This document shows positions 61,171 to 64,000 of a stretch of 64,000 nucleotides of DNA, in pieces. The DNA lies in NCBI GenBank assembly GCA_963667845.2, contig CAXXVL010000002.1:1248001-1312000 (forward strand), in the 5' to 3' direction. A program made the position numbers and the translations under genes. The DNA is from Smithellaceae bacterium. Lineage in GTDB: Bacteria > Desulfobacterota > Syntrophia > Syntrophales > Smithellaceae. How positions within the stretch are numbered: the first letter of the stretch is position 1; every line of letters begins with the position of its first letter. The notes under the pieces were generated by a model. It did not search any database and had not been told where the DNA came from. It was given only the letters and a program-made list of their open reading frames with translations.

Positions 61171-62286
61171 CTATTTGCCGGCTGCACCGGCCCTCTTCGC
61201 TGATCCGGCAAACCGCGCCCACGCTGCATAACTCAGAATCAGCGAGATCAAACAGCCGATAGCCGTTGCGATCAGCCGGTTGGTGATGACGGCCAGAGTC
61301 GGCTCTTTGCCGAAATCCAGAAGCAGGATGATGAGCGGCGTCACCGCGGTGACATAGGCAATGTAGTTGATGCCGATCAAAACGGGGCGCGCCCCCGCGA
61401 GCAGTGCGACCAGGCTGATCATGATCCACAAAGGCGGCAATCCCAAAAGTAATATGCTGATGAGCAAAACGCCCAAAAGGGTTCCCAGCGCCCGGTGGAA
61501 GGTGCGCGTCAAAGCCTGGCGAAGATCTCGATGCACGACGATAGCGACGGTCAACGACATCCAATAGCTGTGATCATAAGGCCAGAACCGGCGAATGATT
61601 TCCGCAGCGCCGAGGCACAGCATGATGCGCAGCGTGTATTGCCATCCGGCCAGGTGCGAAAGCGATTTTGTCCAATAACCCAGCCTCTGCTGCAAAGCGT
61701 AGACAGGCACTTTAGCGGCTGCCTGATTGTTTCGTTCCCGCGATGGATGGACAGCCCGGAACAAACGGTCAAGCAAAAGTGAAAGAAGGGCCGTCCAGAG
61801 TGCTCCCGCGGCAAAGAGGAGCGTGATGCCTGCCGGATGCATGCCGTTTGTATTCATATTGGCGGCGATAATGAGGAAAATAATGAATTGTGTTGTGGCC
61901 CGCATAAGCGGTCTGCTGAGACTGCCGCAAAGCGCGGCGGCGGCAGCGACCGCGATGACGGAGATGCCCGTCGAACCCTTGCCCGCAAGCGCGGCGCCGA
62001 TAAACATGGCGGCGCTCCCCGCGACAAGCGCGTAGACCAGGGCGAGTAACCTTTCGTGCGCAGTGCCTCCCTGGACCTGTACGCCCAGTGCCAGCCCGCC
62101 TAAAGAAGCCGCCACACCGCCCGACAGGTGACCCGTCGCCGCGCCGATGATGATGGGCGTGGAAAGCCCCAGCATGGCAGCGATGACTTGCGCTGCCGCC
62201 ATATTTCGCGATTCTTGTGTTTGGCGGGCGAACGCCGGCATGAGCGCGTGTTTCAACAGGGAAGGTTTAGGTTGTTTGTCCATCAT
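61171..62286 (-). CDS. FUSC-family membrane protein
   Basis: Multi-TM; YW...T...V, R.LGT.LG and RL..T.IG motifs. Confidence 0.8.
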   Translation of the reverse strand: MMDKQPKPSLLKHALMPAFARQTQESRNMAAAQVIAAMLGLSTPIIIGAATGHLSGGVAASLGGLALGVQVQGGTAHERLLALVYALVAGSAAMFIGAALAGKGSTGISVIAVAAAAALCGSLSRPLMRATTQFIIFLIIAANMNTNGMHPAGITLLFAAGALWTALLSLLLDRLFRAVHPSRERNNQAAAKVPVYALQQRLGYWTKSLSHLAGWQYTLRIMLCLGAAEIIRRFWPYDHSYWMSLTVAIVVHRDLRQALTRTFHRALGTLLGVLLISILLLGLPPLWIMISLVALLAGARPVLIGINYIAYVTAVTPLIILLLDFGKEPTLAVITNRLIATAIGCLISLILSYAAWARFAGSAKRAGAAGK

Positions 62287-62333
62287 CGTAGAGGTTTACT
62301 TGGAAAAAAGAGGGCAAGGCAGAACAGGGCATT

Positions 62334-62397
62334 AAAACTGGCGGAGAGAGCAGGATTTGCCCGGAAGTCTCCGGGTGTCTGCTTCGCAGCCAAACCC
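62334..62397 (-). repeat. Duplicated 3' end of tRNA-Ser(GCT) with an insertion in the T-loop
   Basis: AAAACTGGCGGAGAGAGCAGGATTTG (62334-62359) versus AAAACTGGCGGAGAGAGCGGGATTTG (62427-62452). Confidence 0.75.
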
Positions 62398-62431
62398 ATT
62401 ATCTTGAATCAAGGTTATGTATTGTAAAAAC

Positions 62432-62526
62432 TGGCGGAGAGAGCGGGATTTGAACCCGCGGTACACCTTTAAAGGGCGTACAATCGCTTAGCAGGCGATC
62501 GCTTTCGGCCACTCAGCCATCTCTCC
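62432..62526 (-). tRNA. tRNA-Ser (anticodon GCT)
   Basis: GGAGAGA acceptor stem, ATCGC-CT-GCT-AA-GCGAT anticodon arm, long variable arm, GGTTCAAATCC and encoded CCA. Confidence 0.96.
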
Positions 62527-62595
62527 GCTGTTTTATTCGGGCCTTTATCCTTAAAACAGGGCGTCTGAAAATGCAAGACGCTTGCTTTTTATTTC

Positions 62596-62681
62596 TGGCG
62601 GAGGGAGCAGGATTCGAACCCGCGAACCTTTCGGTCAACGGTTTTCAAGACCGCCGCCATCGACCACTCGGCCATCCCTCC
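62596..62681 (-). tRNA. tRNA-Ser (anticodon TGA)
   Basis: GGAGGGA acceptor stem, GCGGT-CT-TGA-AA-ACCGT anticodon arm, variable arm, GGTTCGAATCC and encoded CCA. Confidence 0.96.
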
Positions 62682-62710
62682 AAATTGTTTGTCATCCTTT
62701 GGAAAATTTC

Positions 62711-63985
62711 TTAAAGAGTGATTCTTTCCAGACCTCTCATATAAGGACGCAGGGCTTCGGGGATGATGATGCTGCCGTCCGCCTGCTGATAATTTTCCAT
62801 AACTGCCACAACGGTACGGCCTACAGCCAGTCCCGAACCGTTCAGCGTGTGTACAAATTCTACCTTGCCGTTGTCTTTCCGGCGGTAGCGAATTGCCGCT
62901 CTTCTGGCTTGAAAGTCTTCAAAGTTGCTGCACGACGAAATTTCCCGATACGTGTTCTGTCCGGGCAGCCAGGCTTCCACGTCATAGGTTTTGGCGGAAG
63001 AAAAACCAAGGTCGGCCGTACACAGACATACCGTTCGGAAGGGAATGCCCAGTCGTTTGAGAACTTCTTCCGCGTTGGCGGTCAGTTTTTCCAGCTCGTC
63101 ATAGGAAGATTCCGGTTTGGAAAACTTGACCATCTCCACTTTGTTGAACTGATGCTGCCGGATCAGCCCCCGCGTATCCTTGCCGTAGGAACCGGCTTCC
63201 GCGCGGAAACAGGCTGAATAAGCCACAAAATAAATCGGCAGTTTTTCTTCCTCCAGGATCTCATCGCGAAAAATATTCGTGACCGGAACTTCCGCCGTCG
63301 GAATCAGGTAATATTCCATGCCTTCAATCTTGAAGAGATCTTCCTTGAACTTGGGCAGCTGGCCCGTTCCGGTCATGCTTTCGGCATTGACCAGGAAAGG
63401 CGTAAATACTTCCGTGTAGCCATGGTTTCCCGTATGCAGATCCAGCATGAAGTTTGTTATGGCCCGCTCCAGCTGGGCGCCCGCGCCGCGGTAGAGCGTA
63501 AAGCGCGCTCCGGTGATTTTGGCCCCTCTGGCGAAATCCAGGATGTTCAGACTTTCGCCCAGATCAAAATGCTGCTTGGGCTCAAAATTAAAAACGGGTA
63601 TATCGCCCCAGGTCCGCACAACGGTGTTGTCTTCGGAACCACTCCCCTGCGGCACGGATTCATGCTGAATATTCGGGACGATCATGACGAAGGCATTCAG
63701 TTCTTCTTCCGTGACCTTCAGAACTTCGTCGTACTCTTTTATTTTTGCTGATACGTCGCCCATTTTGGCGATCAGAGCCTGCGCATCTTCTTTCTTTTTT
63801 TTGAGTTCGCCAACCTGCTTGGAGACGCTGTTACGCTCATTGCGCAGGGCTTCCACGGCCTGCAGCATATCGCGTCTTTTCGCTTCCAAATCAAGAAAGC
63901 GGTCAAAATCGATCTTCTGGCCCCGTTCGTCCATTTTTTGCCGGACGAGGTCGATATTCTGTCGCAAGTATTTAAGATCCAACAT
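62711..63985 (-). CDS. serS: Serine--tRNA ligase
   Basis: LIPTAEV, FRAEAG...[17 protein letters not shown] and HTLNGSGLA. Confidence 0.98.
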   Translation of the reverse strand: MLDLKYLRQNIDLVRQKMDERGQKIDFDRFLDLEAKRRDMLQAVEALRNERNSVSKQVGELKKKKEDAQALIAKMGDVSAKIKEYDEVLKVTEEELNAFVMIVPNIQHESVPQGSGSEDNTVVRTWGDIPVFNFEPKQHFDLGESLNILDFARGAKITGARFTLYRGAGAQLERAITNFMLDLHTGNHGYTEVFTPFLVNAESMTGTGQLPKFKEDLFKIEGMEYYLIPTAEVPVTNIFRDEILEEEKLPIYFVAYSACFRAEAGSYGKDTRGLIRQHQFNKVEMVKFSKPESSYDELEKLTANAEEVLKRLGIPFRTVCLCTADLGFSSAKTYDVEAWLPGQNTYREISSCSNFEDFQARRAAIRYRRKDNGKVEFVHTLNGSGLAVGRTVVAVMENYQQADGSIIIPEALRPYMRGLERITL

Positions 63986-64000
63986 AATTTTACTTTCCTG

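Noticed and set aside
61171..62333. FUSC gene as cargo of a tRNA-integrated island
   Set aside because: The duplicated tRNA end lies between the tRNA and FUSC, so FUSC is outside the repeat pair; no integrase is present.
62582..63217. 211 aa plus-strand ORF
   Set aside because: Antisense to serS and tRNA-Ser.

Overview
A 64 kb piece of bacterial chromosome. The gene content and many sigma-54 regulators suggest an anaerobic Desulfobacterota/Syntrophales-like organism, but this is inference only. Left to right: a partial KinB-like sensor kinase; a kdpFABC potassium-pump operon with a sigma-54 promoter and an AlgB-like regulator; a FadB-like beta-oxidation enzyme; OsmC/cupin/hypothetical genes; a hybrid kinase plus NtrC-type regulator, followed by twin sigma-54-like promoters and an MCP-CheW-MCP-Cache operon; and a fatty acid desaturase. 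Next is a 12.7 kb minus-strand run that looks like a cell-wall recycling/modification system: SpoIID-domain protein, AmpG-like MFS, MurU-like, AmgK-like, GT2-DUF4922 fusion and M15 peptidase. It is interleaved with leuS-lptE and an SRA-HNH nuclease insert. The rest holds an FlhG/MinD-like ATPase plus J-HTH pair, an FG-GAP lipoprotein, a 14-gene type II secretion operon, dapF-dapL, ychF, RidA, SDR, FUSC, two tRNA-Ser genes and serS. Non-coding features include a ~125 bp MITE-like repeat (two full copies and one partial), heptamer repeats and a duplicated tRNA 3' end. I saw no CRISPR array, prophage, transposase or rRNA. All protein calls rest on motif recognition by eye; no searches were run.
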